A stretch of 64,000 nucleotides of DNA from the human T2T-CHM13v2.0 reference genome, Homo sapiens. This document shows positions 42,696 through 57,966 of the stretch, one piece after another (position 1 is the first letter of the stretch; the number at the start of each line of letters is the position of its first letter). The stretch lies in assembly GCF_009914755.1 (NCBI RefSeq), contig NC_060929.1; one strand, 5' to 3'. The notes under the pieces were generated by a model, which was not told the origin of the DNA, did not search any database, and was given only the letters and a program-made list of their open reading frames with translations. The position numbers and the translations under genes were made by a program.

Positions 42696-44464
42696 TGCAA
42701 AGTCTTTTTGGAAACTTTAGTAAAGCTCACTGGATTATTTTTTCCAAATCCTAGGTTTGATAGACCATAAAATTTCTGTGACTATCCCTGTACATAGAGG
42801 AGACTAATTTTTCCACTCCGTGGAATGTCATTGAAAACATTCTTCCTCAAATAGTTTGTTCTATGAAACAGGGAACAGAGCAGTTTTGTATCATATCTAT
42901 TCTGCCAATGAGTCAAAGAAAATGGCCAGGGAAAATGTCAATTAATTCTTGTAGCCTAAAAAAAGAAGAGATGTCACATCTTTTCTCTTTAATTCTACAT
43001 CAGTATCTTTACCAAGGCCTGTATGAAATGGCTTATAATAAACCATGAGAGCCTCTGAACAGAGTGCAATAACCAAAAATGATGATGGGGCTTAGCAACA
43101 TTTCATTCAGAAATACAGTGGTTTCCTGAAAACCCCAGCTTCAGAATTTTGTGGTTCGGAAACCAAAGACAAGGCTTGTTTTGTAAGAATGACTTGTTTT
43201 TAAAACAAAAAGAAATACTGAGTAGTTTATTGAGTGTCCCACTACCCAAGCCTCCTGCTTCGTAAAACAATGCCAAGGAATTCCAGTGGTCTGGTGCGCA
43301 TGTGTCTTGGAAGTTGCTTTATGCTTACAGGCACATGAGACTTTGTCTGATTGGACCAAATTGCTCTAGTCATAACCTTGGAAAATCATCCCAGGGACAT
43401 CTTAACTCTATCCCCAGAACATCTGAGAATATCTTGAAAAATTAATAATGAATCATGGGGCAGAAATTTGATAAGTACTTATGACATGGGCATTAATGTC
43501 AAATGATTTTTATCATGATTAATTTTACTATAATAAATACTAAGGGAACAAGAAATGATTTAGGCCATCATTTTAGGCCATCACTTACATAGGCCAAGGT
43601 ACCCAAAGTGTAAATCTTTAACGAATATAGTAGTTTGTTGTGATGCCACTAAGATGTAAAGTGTCACTTATCTCCATGTGACTCCATTTGGCATTCCAAC
43701 AGTTCCACTGTTTATAGTTCAGAGCTATCTAATCATGTGGTGGGGTACATTCCATAGCTCCCTCTGACAGAATAATTCCAGTGTGTCATTTCATAGGAAT
43801 ACTGAACTAGACCCTAACTTGGCTAACAGTTGGGTACTCCAAATTCCCAACGGATTGTTTTTGATGGGAATCTGGCCCCAAATACTCTGAAATGCTCACA
43901 CTTAACCTCTACAACTAACCCAAGAACTATCTATCCCAGATTTTGTGTTTGGTCCAGTAGGTCGTCCTGGGCTGACAAATGTAAAAATACTCTGATGAAG
44001 AAAAATGGATTTGATCAAAATTCAGGACTACAACTTCAGGCTAATGATCATCACCAAAAGGCTTGTTCTTGTGCCTCAGGGCCACTACACCTCCATGACT
44101 GTAGAGATTGCCAGGGTCCACAGAAAGGACTTCATACAGGATCTTTATATACATAAACACACACACACACACACAGTTCTCTGAAATGCCTGTAGTACTG
44201 AAGTCACAAACTTCAACTGTCTTAAAAACAGACTACATCTCTCTCCACTAGAATTTTTAGAGGTATGAACAAATGAGAGTTTCACCATATAAAGTTGCTT
44301 TATGACATATTTTAAATTAAGCATAGATTTCTCATCTTATGAAGGTAACATATGTTTATTATAAATCTAGAAAATATGAGTAAGCAAAGAGATAAATTCA
44401 TAATTGTACAACCTATAGATAACAACTATTAATATTTTTGATGTTTATTCTTCTAGCTCTTCAT

Positions 44465-44858
<394 letters not shown>

Positions 44859-45751
44859 AGGCCTGGCACAGTGGAAGAAAAAGAAGTCTATTCCTTTCTG
44901 GGTTTTCCAAAAGGTTTTCAAAATATATGACAATATTTGTCCTTCACCCAAAATAGAAAGATGAAAGAACAATAAATATCATTTGCCACAGTGGTTATAA
45001 CTAAAATACGGATTGGAGCATCAATACAATTAATGGAATTGGCTTAGAACTTAAAAGCACAGTATAAATGCCCCTACTGTCCAGCTTTACTCAAGAGATC
45101 ACACTCTACTTCAGTAAAATACGTAATATTCTGAGTTTAACCCCAGAAATTGGATGCTGTTTAACTGTGCTCTGTAAACATTTTATGAAAGTAAACCACA
45201 TGCATTGGTGGTATTCAGAACATTTTAAATGTGGGCAGAAATAAAATCCTAGAACCTTCATTGGTATTACATCCATTTTTAAGACAGTAAATAGAAGTAC
45301 CTAAAAACACCCCCTCTCTTAAATATTCCTGGCTTTAAATCCAGTACTCTTGTTTTCTATTTCTCATTGAAATTTTTTGTTGTACCATGTGAAATGTAGG
45401 TCAAGTTGCTGGTAAGTGCTGGATAAAAATCTGTTTATACCAAAAGTAAACAGTAAAATCCTCCCAGCCTACACAGTTTAAAAATATAACTCCTGCCAAG
45501 TGTGCTATTCAGGGTATCCCCAATAAATTTAATTTTGAAGAATTCTTAACATAGACCTCTCTGGATGCTAGACTTTAGTCATAGCCGCATAATATTCTTT
45601 TAAGGCAAAATTTATAAGAATTAAAATTCGCAAGGCCTTTTATTCCTGGGGATCAATGATGAGAAGCACAATTACGATCTTATTCAGGTTGCTATGCTTT
45701 GTGTTCAGTAAAGTCATAGAAAGAACCAACATGCAACTAGGGGCAAGAAGT

Positions 45752-46128
45752 ATGCTATGGACTTAATATGTGTGTAACCCCAAAATTCATATGTTGAAGT
45801 CCTAATCCCCAATGTGATGGAATAGATGTGGAGCCTTTGGAGGGGGGCAGTAATTAGGTTTAGATAAGGTCCTGAAGTTGGAGCCCCCATAATGAGATTG
45901 ATGCCCTTGTACAGAGAAAGAGACCAGAGGCCTCTCTCTCTCCACCATGAGGACACAGCAAGAAGGCAGCCATCTGCAAACCAGGAAGAGAACCCTCACC
46001 AGAAATCAAACCCTGCTGGCACCTTGACCTTGGACTTCCAGCCTCCAGAACTGTGAAGAACAAATGTATGTTGTTTAAGTCACCCAGTGCATAGTATTTT
46101 GTTATAGCAGCCCTAGAAGATCTTAATT
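45752..46128 (+). mobile_element. MLT1A MaLR solo LTR
   Basis: tgctatggacttaat...ccccaaaattcatatgttgaagtcctaa ... ttttgttatagcagccc. Confidence 0.9.
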
Positions 46129-46524
46129 CACAAGGTGAAACTCCAGCACTGAAGGCAAGTCAGGCACCATAAAAGCCACCACCAACTTCAGGTGGAATTC
46201 CCCTAGTTCACATTAGAACCTATCAACATACATTGCTTTCTTAGCCGTGATTTTTGAACACTAGCTTACAAAAAAGCCTCAATGTTATAGCAGTAGCAGA
46301 GAATGTGGAAGTAGTATAAAATTTAAGTTCTTTGAAATCCACAGATGAAACATTCAGCCCTTCTTCTGCTTGACTTGGGCCAATGTGCTAGCTACTCTTA
46401 AAGTATCTGGAGCAGTGGGCAGTGAGGAGAGACAAAAAGATCTTGACTTTATGAAGCCTGTCGAAAGATGTAAAAACAAACAAAAAAAAAACCTACGTAC
46501 ATGTGCATTTCATATATGTATATA

Positions 46525-48035
<1,511 letters not shown>

Positions 48036-49455
48036 CAAATCTAGGTTTGTTTGAAGATAATTTTGCTAATTTAACCCTCAAATATAATGTTTTTATACAA
48101 TGTCCAAGCATATAGGTATGGTCATTTTGGAAATGGGAATAAATTACGTGATTATCAAGAATTCCTCCAATATAGCAACATAGTAACTATCACAGCTCTT
48201 GCTTAAATGATTGTCATATGTGACCATTATAGTTTGTGAAATAGAATCGGTGAAGTGCTGAGTGTGGTAGGAGGGTGTTCTAAAGTAACTCCAGATCCTA
48301 GAGCAGTCCATCTTCTGGGTGAAGTCACCTAGCTTACAGTAATCTTGACCTGAATCAAACGATGCTTATCTGGCAATACTCTTTTGGTATTCCATGAAGA
48401 AAAGTGTCACTGAACGTAAAGCACCCACTGCCATGAGACAAACCAGTGCTTCAACCACAATGGAAGAGAATGAAAATCCATCAAGGAAAAAGACGTGATG
48501 GCTACTAAGAAGGCATGAATCTAAAGTTCACAGATGTACAAGGTGTGCTCTGAGCAAGGTGACCCTTCTTAATCTCCAACCATTCAGTTCTAACACGTGC
48601 TAAAACTGCAACTGTATTCCGGTTGCGAGTAGGACCTATGTTGTTAAATGACAACAGTTTTCCACAAGGACTCACCTGGGTCTGGTTCTAGTTCTGGCTC
48701 CACCCAGACTAGATCATCTCAAGTTTTCCATGAAAATGTTGCCAGTGCTTAGAAAATAGGTAGCATAATAGCGAGGCTATAAAGAAGGAAAAGTCAAAAG
48801 CGTTCCCAGTTGCAGTATATCTTCCCAGGGTTTGTCTAGGTTATGAGCCAAATGAATTGGAGGCCTCTAATTCAGAGAACAGGAAATTAAGAGAGTTTGT
48901 TCCTCTAATAAAAATAGTATCAAATCCTTCCAGTGCATATTTTAAAAATAAATATTTTGCTTGCTTATGGTGATTTAAGTGCCCTTCACTCTATTCTTTT
49001 GGAACAACCCTTACCGTGAGCTGAGCCACCTTTGCACCAATAAACCTCAGTGCTCTGGCACACTGTGTTTTCTCAGGGTTTCAGTATGGGTGGCCAGGGA
49101 GCAATGCATCACTGGGTTCAAACCAGGGTAGGATCTACTAGCGCTGATTGGAGCCCCAGTATTGGAGGTCACATTCTTTCAGGTTAGAAATGCTGTAGGC
49201 AAATCCCAAGGGGAGGGGCATCAAAGAATTACCCAGTGGGGGTTGATGCTTCTGAAACTCCCCATTCTCCACCAGTACAGTATAAAAGGAGTGAAGCCAA
49301 ACCTTGGGGGAATATACCGGGGATCTGAAATATAAGCGCACAAACCTAGGTTCCCTGACCATCAGCACTCTCAGAGCCACAAAGCAAGATCTCATTGAAT
49401 TCCAGCATTCCTTGGATACCTTCTATGAGCCAGGGTACGTGATGAAAAGAGAGAA

Positions 49456-49765
<310 letters not shown>

Positions 49766-49849
49766 GAAAAGAGAGAAAAACAAGTGAAGAGTGATGGGGT
49801 GGGTCCCTAGCCACAAGAAGCTCACCACCTAAAAGATTTTCTCACATGT

Positions 49850-51040
49850 TTTTGTTTAACAGTTTTATAGTTTTTAGTACTGACATTTAGATCTATGACC
49901 TATTTGGGGTTAAATTCTGTTTATGATGTGATGTAAGGGTCAAGGTTCACTTCTTTGTACACAACTAGCCAATTGCTTCAGTGCCATTTGTTGAAAAGAT
50001 CATCCTTTCTGCATTGGATTGCCTCGATACCTTTTCTTAAATCAATTGTATATGCATGAGTCTATTTCTAGACTTTTTATTCTGTTCCATTGATTTTTTT
50101 TTTAATTTATAAAGAAAAGAGGTTTAATTGACTGACAGTTCCTACATGGCTGGGGAGGCCTCAGGAAACTTTCAGTCATGGCAGAAGGGGAAGCAGGCTT
50201 GTCTTACATGGCAGCAGGCAAGAGAGAGCATGTGAAGGAGAAACTGTCAAACCCTCAGATCTCATGAGAACTCACTCACTATCATCAGAACAGCATGGCG
50301 GAAACCACCCTCAAAATCAAATTGCCTTCCATCATTTCCCTCCCTTGACACGTGAGGATTATGGGGATTACAATTTGAGATGAGATTTGGGTGGGGACAC
50401 AGAGCCAAACCATATCATTCTGCCCCGGCCCCTCCCAAATATCATGATCTTTTTACACTTCAAAACCAATCATGCCTTCCCAACATTTCCCCCAAAGTCT
50501 TAACTCATTCCAATGTTAACCCAGAAGTCCAAGTCCAAAGTCTCATCTGAGACAAGGCAAGTTCCTTCTGCCTAGGAGCCTGTAAAATAAAAAGCAAGTT
50601 AGTTACTTCTAAGACACAATGGGGTTACAGGCATTGGATAAATGCTCCCATTCCAAATAGGACATATGAGCCAAAATGAAGGGGCTACAGGCCCCGCACA
50701 AGTCTGAAATCCAGAAGGGCAGTCATTAATCTTTTGTTGTTGTTGTTGTTGGAAGACAGAGTCTCAATTTATTTATTTTTATCTTTACATCAAGACTATA
50801 CCATCTTAGTTACCATAGCTTTATCATAAGTCGTGAAATTAGGCTGTGTAAGTCTTCCAATTTTGTTCATCTTTTTCTAAATTGTTGTTTTTTTCTAGAT
50901 CCTTTGCATTTTCACATAAAGTTTATAATGAGCTTATCAAAAAAAATTCTACTTGTATTTTGACTAGGTTTGGGTTGAATTTATGTCAATGGGGGAAAAT
51001 TAACATCCTAATATTGACCATTTCTATTTGTGAACATACA
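49850..51040 (-). mobile_element. Old L1M ORF2 fragment hosting a MaLR piece
   Basis: gacatttagatctatgacc; gccatttgttgaaaaga; resumes after about 50770 (gtaagtcttccaattttgttc). Confidence 0.8.
50094..50732 (-). mobile_element. THE1D/MSTA MaLR: 3' internal segment plus LTR lacking U5, ending in poly(A)
   Basis: LTR 50104-50417 (ends aaccatatca); MaLR internal 50418-50732; T10 at 50094-50103. Confidence 0.9.
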
Positions 51041-51924
51041 GAATTACTTTTCAGCTCCTATACCTGTGTCTTCCATCTTTCTGAGTATTTTTCTGGGGCT
51101 TTTAAAGCACAGTATCTCTAATAGACTCTGCTGTATAACATGCAGTATTCAGGAAATAAATGATGTGTAATAAATGTCAAAATAAATACTACTACCCAAG
51201 AAGTGGTGTGAAAATGTATTATGTTTTATAACAAGTAACAGAAAACTAAGGCTGTTTTGTGCTGATATGCTTTTTTACTAAGAGATTTTCTTTCAACTGA
51301 TATGCTATAAAGTCTTTATGTGTTTCTTCTCTTTAAATTGCATAAATAATTCGTCTAGTTTCACTTTTACTTGAAGGATATTCACATTCACTTTCAGTCT
51401 TTCAGTCCCTAAAAGGGTAGATCCTCTGCTTTAACATAAACTGTTAGCAAAATTTGATCCCTGAATAGTAGAAAATGGTGAAAACCTCAAGACTCCACAT
51501 CTAGATTCTTCCTAATGGATGTAAGGAAAAAGTATCTCTCTTTGGATGCACCTAAGTATGACATATGGCTAGAATTTATATTCAACAATCTATGTAACAT
51601 AGACCCAAAGAGTCAGAAAGGATACCCACCATAACTTACCCATAGAGCAATTTGTTGCAAACCAGCTAAAACTAAACCCTGTTAATAGACATTAGGACAG
51701 GTTTCCCTGTGCAAGCCCAAGTGCCTCATAGGAAAAGGCTGAACTTCTGTGAAATTTTAATAGATACGAAGTTGCTTCAACTCCCCACCTTTCCACTTTC
51801 TGAATTCCTAGTAGCCTCAAGGCAGTTCCTGCTTCCCAGAGACCATCCTTGGAGTACCATCTCCCCACCCCCAGAACTGTTCCATGCTTCCAGTATTTCA
51901 CTCCAACAAAACCTAGAATTATAG

Positions 51925-52050
51925 GCTTTCTGTGCTGAGAAGGATCTTAGAAACCATCTATTCCAATCCTCTTGTTTTACAAGCAGGAAAACAGGCCTAG
52001 GAGCATAAAATAATAAGCAAAGTCATATACCATATCATGCTAATGCAGAA
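51925..52050 (-). mobile_element. MIR fragment
   Basis: gaaggatcttagaaaccatcta...ttttacaagcaggaaaacaggcctag. Confidence 0.55.
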
Positions 52051-52477
52051 ATTGTAGAAGTCAAGCTCTCCATCATTTGCTGACTTCAAGAGCTGTCACA
52101 GAATACGGCATCACAGAAATTAGTTTTAGGTACTAATCATCCTGGGATAGCTCTATTTTTTCTTTCTAATTATAGAATTAATACACAAAAAATTATATTT
52201 TATAATTTTTAAATAATGTAAATTATATAAAAGTTACTTTTGGTCCTACAGTACCTTACTCCCCTCTCCTGATGTACTTTTATTCTCAGATTGGTGTGTA
52301 TCTTTCTCCCTGTGCATTTATATATAGATAACTTTTTTTGCACAAGCAAACATTTGATTTAGCCATTTCTGTGAATATTTAGACATAAGGCACTAGCACC
52401 TCAGAAACTAATGCCAAATAGATTACATTCTTAAAGTAGTGAACACTCTGGAGGTCACCGATATCTGGTTTTTAAAT

Positions 52478-52479
52478 TT

Positions 52480-52518
<39 letters not shown>

Positions 52519-52748
52519 TTTTGAGACAGAGTTTCATTCTTGTCTCCCAAGCAATTCTTCCACCTCAGCCTCCTGAGTAGCTGGGATTACAGGCGCCCAC
52601 CACCATGCCTGGCTAATTTTTGTATTTTTTGGTAGAGACGGGGTTTCGCCATGTTGGCCAGGCTGGTCTCGAGGTCCCAACCTCAGGTGATCAGCCCACC
52701 TCAAACTCCCAAAGTGCTGGATTACAGGCATAAGCCACCGTGCCCAGC
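52478..52748 (-). mobile_element. AluS with (TTTA)n tail and about 60-nt right-arm deletion
   Basis: gagtttcattcttgtctcc joined to caagcaattcttccacc. Confidence 0.93.
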
Positions 52749-52754
52749 TAAATT

Positions 52755-52970
52755 GTTTTTTTTATTATTATTTTTAGATGACAAATAAAAATTGTATATA
52801 TTTGTGAGGTATAATGTGATGTTTTAATATTATGTGTACATTGCAAAATGATTAAATCAAGCTAATTAACATATTCATCACCTCATTTTTTTGGTGAAAA
52901 CATTTAAGATCTACTCTCTTAGCAATTTTTGAGTATATGATACATTATTAACTATAATCAGCGTGCCACA
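52755..52970 (-). mobile_element. L1MA 3'-end fragment
   Basis: aatgattaaatcaagctaattaacatattcatcacctca; ttaagatctactctcttagcaatttt. Confidence 0.8.
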
Positions 52971-53268
52971 TACACTTTTAAGAATTCTAATAAAATTTTG
53001 CTTTAATTTCTGCATATAATTTTGTTTTTGAGGTGTTGTATTAGTCTATTCTCACGCTGCTATAAAGACATACCCGAGTATGTGTAATTATAAATTACCT
53101 GAGTATGGGTAATTTATAAAGGAAGGAGATTTAATGGACTCACAGTTCCACTAGGTTGGGGAGGCCTCATAATCATGGCAGAAGGCAAATGAGGAGCAAA
53201 GGCACATCTTACATGGCAGCAGCCAAGAGAGTGTGCAGGAGAACTGCGCTTTATAAAACCATCTGATC

Positions 53269-53616
53269 CCTTTCCCCTGGCTGGCAGCACGGAGGCTGCA
53301 CAATGCCTGGGGAATTACTGTAAAGAACATGAACTGGCTGGGCGCAGTGGCTCATGCCTGTAATCTCAGCACTTTGGGAGGCCAAGGCGGGCGGATCACG
53401 AGGTCAGGAGATCGAGACCATCCTGGCTAACACGGTGAAACCCCGTCTCTACTAAAAATACAAAAAATTAGCCAGGTGTGGTGGCAGGCGCCTGTAGTCC
53501 CAGCCACTTGGAGGCTGAGGCAGGAGAACGGCATGAACCCGGGAGGCGGAGCTTGCAGTGAGCCTAGATCGCACCACTGCACTCCAGCCTGGGCGACAGA
53601 GCGAGACTCTGTCTCA

Positions 53617-53647
<31 letters not shown>

Positions 53648-54063
53648 ATGAACCAGCAGGAGTTCATTAGAGCTCTGGCAGCCATTCTCAAAAAGTCCAG
53701 GAAGCTGAAAGTCCCTGGATGGGTGGACACCGTCAAGCTGGCCAAGCACAAAGAGCTTCCTCCCTGTGATGAAAACTGGTTCTACACATGAGCTGCTTCC
53801 ACAGCACAGCACCCGTACCTACAGGTGATGCTGGGGTTGACTCCATGACCAAGATCTATGCGGGACATCAGAGTAAAAGCGTCATGCCCAGCCACTTCAG
53901 CCGAGGCTCCAAGAGAATGGCCCGCTGGGTCCTCCAAGCCCAGGAGGGGCTGAAAATGGTGGAAAAGGACCAAGATGGGGGCTGCAAAGTGACACCTCAG
54001 GGACGAGAGATCTGGACAGAATCACCAGACAGGTGGCAGCTGCCAACAAGAAGCATTAGAACA
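53269..54063 (+). pseudogene. RPS19P: Processed pseudogene of 40S ribosomal protein S19 (eS19)
   Basis: 5'TOP leader cctttcccctggctggcagc; ATG at 53303; intronless CDS ([43 protein letters not shown]; [23 protein letters not shown]) to TAG 54057-54059; frameshifts, premature TGA and AluY insertion. Specific pseudogene number not determinable. Confidence 0.97.
53336..53640 (+). mobile_element. AluY inserted in the RPS19 pseudogene
   Basis: Y diagnostics; long pure A tail; TSD aaagaacatgaac (53322-53334, 53641-53653). Confidence 0.97.
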
Positions 54064-54173
54064 GCACAGGAAAAATTCACCCCCATGATTCAATTACCTC
54101 CCATGACACGTGGGAATTATGGGAGCTACAATTCAAGATGAGATTTGAGTGGGGACAGAGCCACAACATATCA

Positions 54174-54708
<535 letters not shown>

Positions 54709-55478
54709 TTAAATTTTGTTCTTGAAAAGAACTCCCTCAAGACTCAGATGGCAATAGAGAAGTTATTTTTCTCCAGCAGTTATTGCAGACATGTGGGCAA
54801 ATGGAAGAAGATGGGAGCCTATAGCAGTTACTGAGAAAGCTCCTGAAAATCACCTGCTGCCCAACTTGTAAAACGCCTCAAAGAGCAAGGATATGAATGA
54901 AAGACTATTTGAAAGACAGAAATCCCAAAGCTTTTTCTGGACACAGGTTTAATTCCTGGATCAAGTGGGGCTGTCATCACCGATGTCCCATTGTCCAGTT
55001 GTCCCTCCCAATCCCTCTTTAGATTCTCTTTTCCTAAAGTTTGTTTTGATTCAATGTCCTTTCAGTTCATCTTGAGGCAGCACTGTAAATCCCATTCTGG
55101 TATTTTCTAAGGGATATTGCTGAGGGTGCTGTTTCCTATATAAAGAGACATTGAGAAATTTCTTTCAGAAATAATTGCTGAAGGAAATATTTGCAGAGAT
55201 AAGAGACTGGTGGATTAATCAATTAACAAATCACTTTTGTTGGTAGGAAAATCAGAGTAAAACTTTTGCTCAATTTTCAGAAACTGTGTAGGTTTCAATG
55301 GCTCACGTGTACAGCATCTTCCTGGGTTTTTACCTTCTATATAAATTTGTTCTTTTTCTGCCCACACTTTTAGATTTATTTATACCTCCCCATTTCATTA
55401 TGTATACACTGGTATTTTTCCTAACTTTCCTAATTAAATACATATTTTAAAAATAAGTTTAAAAAAAATGCATGTACA

Positions 55479-55800
55479 ACTGGGCATGGTGGCTGACACC
55501 TATAATCCCAGCATATTGGGAGGCCATGGTGGTGGGATGGGATGGCTTGAGTCCAGGAGTTTGAGACCGGCCTGGGCAACATGGCAAAACCTCTTATCTA
55601 CAATGTGTGCAAAAGTTAGCTGGGTGTGGTGGCATGCACCTTTCTTCCCAGCTACTTGGGAGGCTGAGGTGGGAGGATCAACTGAGCGCCCAGAAGGTTG
55701 AGGTTGCAGTGAGCCAAAATCATACCACTGCACTCCAGCACAGGCAAGAGAATGAGAGCCTGTCTCAAAAATACATAAATAAATAAATAAACAAACAAAT
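55479..55800 (+). mobile_element. AluJ
   Basis: Diverged dimer with J diagnostics; TSD aat(g/a)catgta. Confidence 0.92.
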
Positions 55801-55999
55801 AATACATGTAGCTCAAGTTTTCTCAGACCTCATCAGCAGGCAGGTGCAAGGGATGATTTGAACAGCAGCTAAAAGGTTACTGGTTTATATTCCCATTTTT
55901 TAATAAAAGTCCCTGGGTTCCTATAAAACATGCCTTCTCCACCCCCCAACCAAATGTTTCTGGAAGTCCTCAGTGGGTGTTTCACATGCACACCCATCT

Positions 56000-56440
56000 G
56001 TTCTATCAGGCATCACCATGGTAGCTGAACTTCATAGACATGTATTTCTTCCCTCAAGTAACAGTCCTCAAGTAACAGTCCTAGATGAGCACTCAGGTCA
56101 GCAGGACAACTCATCTCTTTGTGGCTATTCAGGATCCTAAGCTGATACCACTCTGTCATTTTCATCATGTGACTTCCAAGGTTGCCCTGAGTGTCAACAT
56201 CCAAATCAACTGAAGACAGTAAAACTTTTTTTTTAATTTAAAGGCATAGAAAAACATGTGTGAGAAATTTTTATGAGTCAAACCTGTACATGGAATACAT
56301 CATTTATGCTCACAAACCATTGGAGAGAACTTAGTCATATGACCACATGCAACTGCAAGGGAGGCTGGGAAATGTAGTGTGCCCATATATCAGGAAGAAG
56401 AGAAGGGATTCTGGTAGATAGCTAGTGATCTCCTCCACAA
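56000..56440 (-). mobile_element. Old MLT1 (J/K-like) LTR fragment
   Basis: cattggagagaacttagtcatatgaccaca...ctgcaagggaggctgggaaatgtagt. Confidence 0.7.
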
Positions 56441-56665
56441 TATATTTTCTTCTAGTCTTTTTGCAATATTGTTTCCACAAAATTATGATCATATTGCATT
56501 CTTCTATATTCATTTAAAATTATATTCAGCACTTCCCTGTCATAAAATTGTCCTCAAAAACCATTTAAAAGATAATATATTATTTCATCTCATATATACC
56601 AGAACTTACTTACCTACTCTCCTTCTGTTGGATATTTATCTTCTTTCCAATTTTTGGTTTAATAA

Positions 56666-57007
<342 letters not shown>

Positions 57008-57484
57008 TACATATCAGTTTTTAGCAGCTTCCCTAAAATTTTTCTTAGGATGGATTCCTGCAAGTGGAAGCACAGGGACAAAGGATATATACATTTAAAA
57101 AGGCTGTGTTTAATTTCTGTTCCATTTGGTGAGTGGAGTGGCAGGGGTTGAGGGGATGAGCTAGGCCTGTTTAGTCACACTGGGGTATAGAGTAGGAGAT
57201 TTCTCTTTTCAACCATCACCCCTCTAGGTGTCAAGGGCCCCACCTGGAAGGCTCTCACCAATGCTGATATGAAGGGCATCTACGCAGATCCTCAGCACAG
57301 GTTACATATAATATTCACTCAAATGAAAACTGAATGGTCCACAGACACTGACTTTGCTCCCAAGTGATTCCCGGATGTTAGCAATAGATGTACTCAATCT
57401 ACTATAGGCTGGAGCCCACTCCATTCCTACCCACAAAATCTCTCCAGGTCCTACTGTGCCTTGACCTTGCTATATACATTTTTA

Positions 57485-57667
57485 AGGATTTTTCAAATTT
57501 TGGGAAATTTGCCTTTTGCTTACCAGTTGAGCATCTGAAACTCAAAAATTCAAAATCCAAAATGCTCCAATGAGCATTTGCCTTGGATGTCTTGTCAGCA
57601 CTGGAAAAGGTGCAGATTTTGGAGCATTTCAGATTTTAGATTTTCAGATTTGGGATGCTCGACCTGT
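57485..57667 (+). mobile_element. Tigger4a/MER46A, 5'-truncated
   Basis: cttaccagttgagcatc...aaatgctccaatgagcattt...gggatgctcgacctg|ta. Confidence 0.85.
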
Positions 57668-57748
57668 ACTTGTAAGCTGCTTCAAACTCCCTTTCCAATG
57701 CATTGGTCTACAAGTAAGTAAATAAGAAAAATTATGTTCTGTAGGATA

Positions 57749-57966
57749 GGAGGCAGCAAACTACAGTCTCCAAGTCAAATCTGGCATGCAGCCTGCTTTT
57801 ATAAATAAAGTTTTATTGAAATACTGCCACATCTATTCATTTCCATATTGTCCATGGCTGCTTTCTATTACAACTGCAAAACTGAGTAGTTGTGATAGAG
57901 GCCTATGGCCTCCAAGCTTAAAATATTTTCTGTCTGGCCCTTTACAGAAAAAGGTTGCTGACCTGT
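57749..57966 (+). mobile_element. MER58A (hAT-Charlie MITE)
   Basis: ggcagcaaactacag...aaataaagttttattg...ctggccctttacagaaaaaggttgctgacc. Confidence 0.88.

Larger units (their letters stand above)
53037..54173 (-). mobile_element. THE1C-like solo LTR, split by the RPS19 retrocopy
   Basis: tgtattagtctattctcac ... 53268, then 54058 ... catatca; 5-bp TSD ggtgt/gatgt. Confidence 0.92.

Noticed and set aside
53558-54141. ORFs with RPS19 peptides as a functional gene or Alu/LTR fusion protein
   Set aside because: Non-ATG start within the Alu, premature TGA, frameshifts and no poly(A) signal; pseudogene
57485-57667. The missing half of the Tigger4b at 33766
   Set aside because: Its internal sequence is Tigger4a-type and overlaps rather than complements the other fragment; independent insertion
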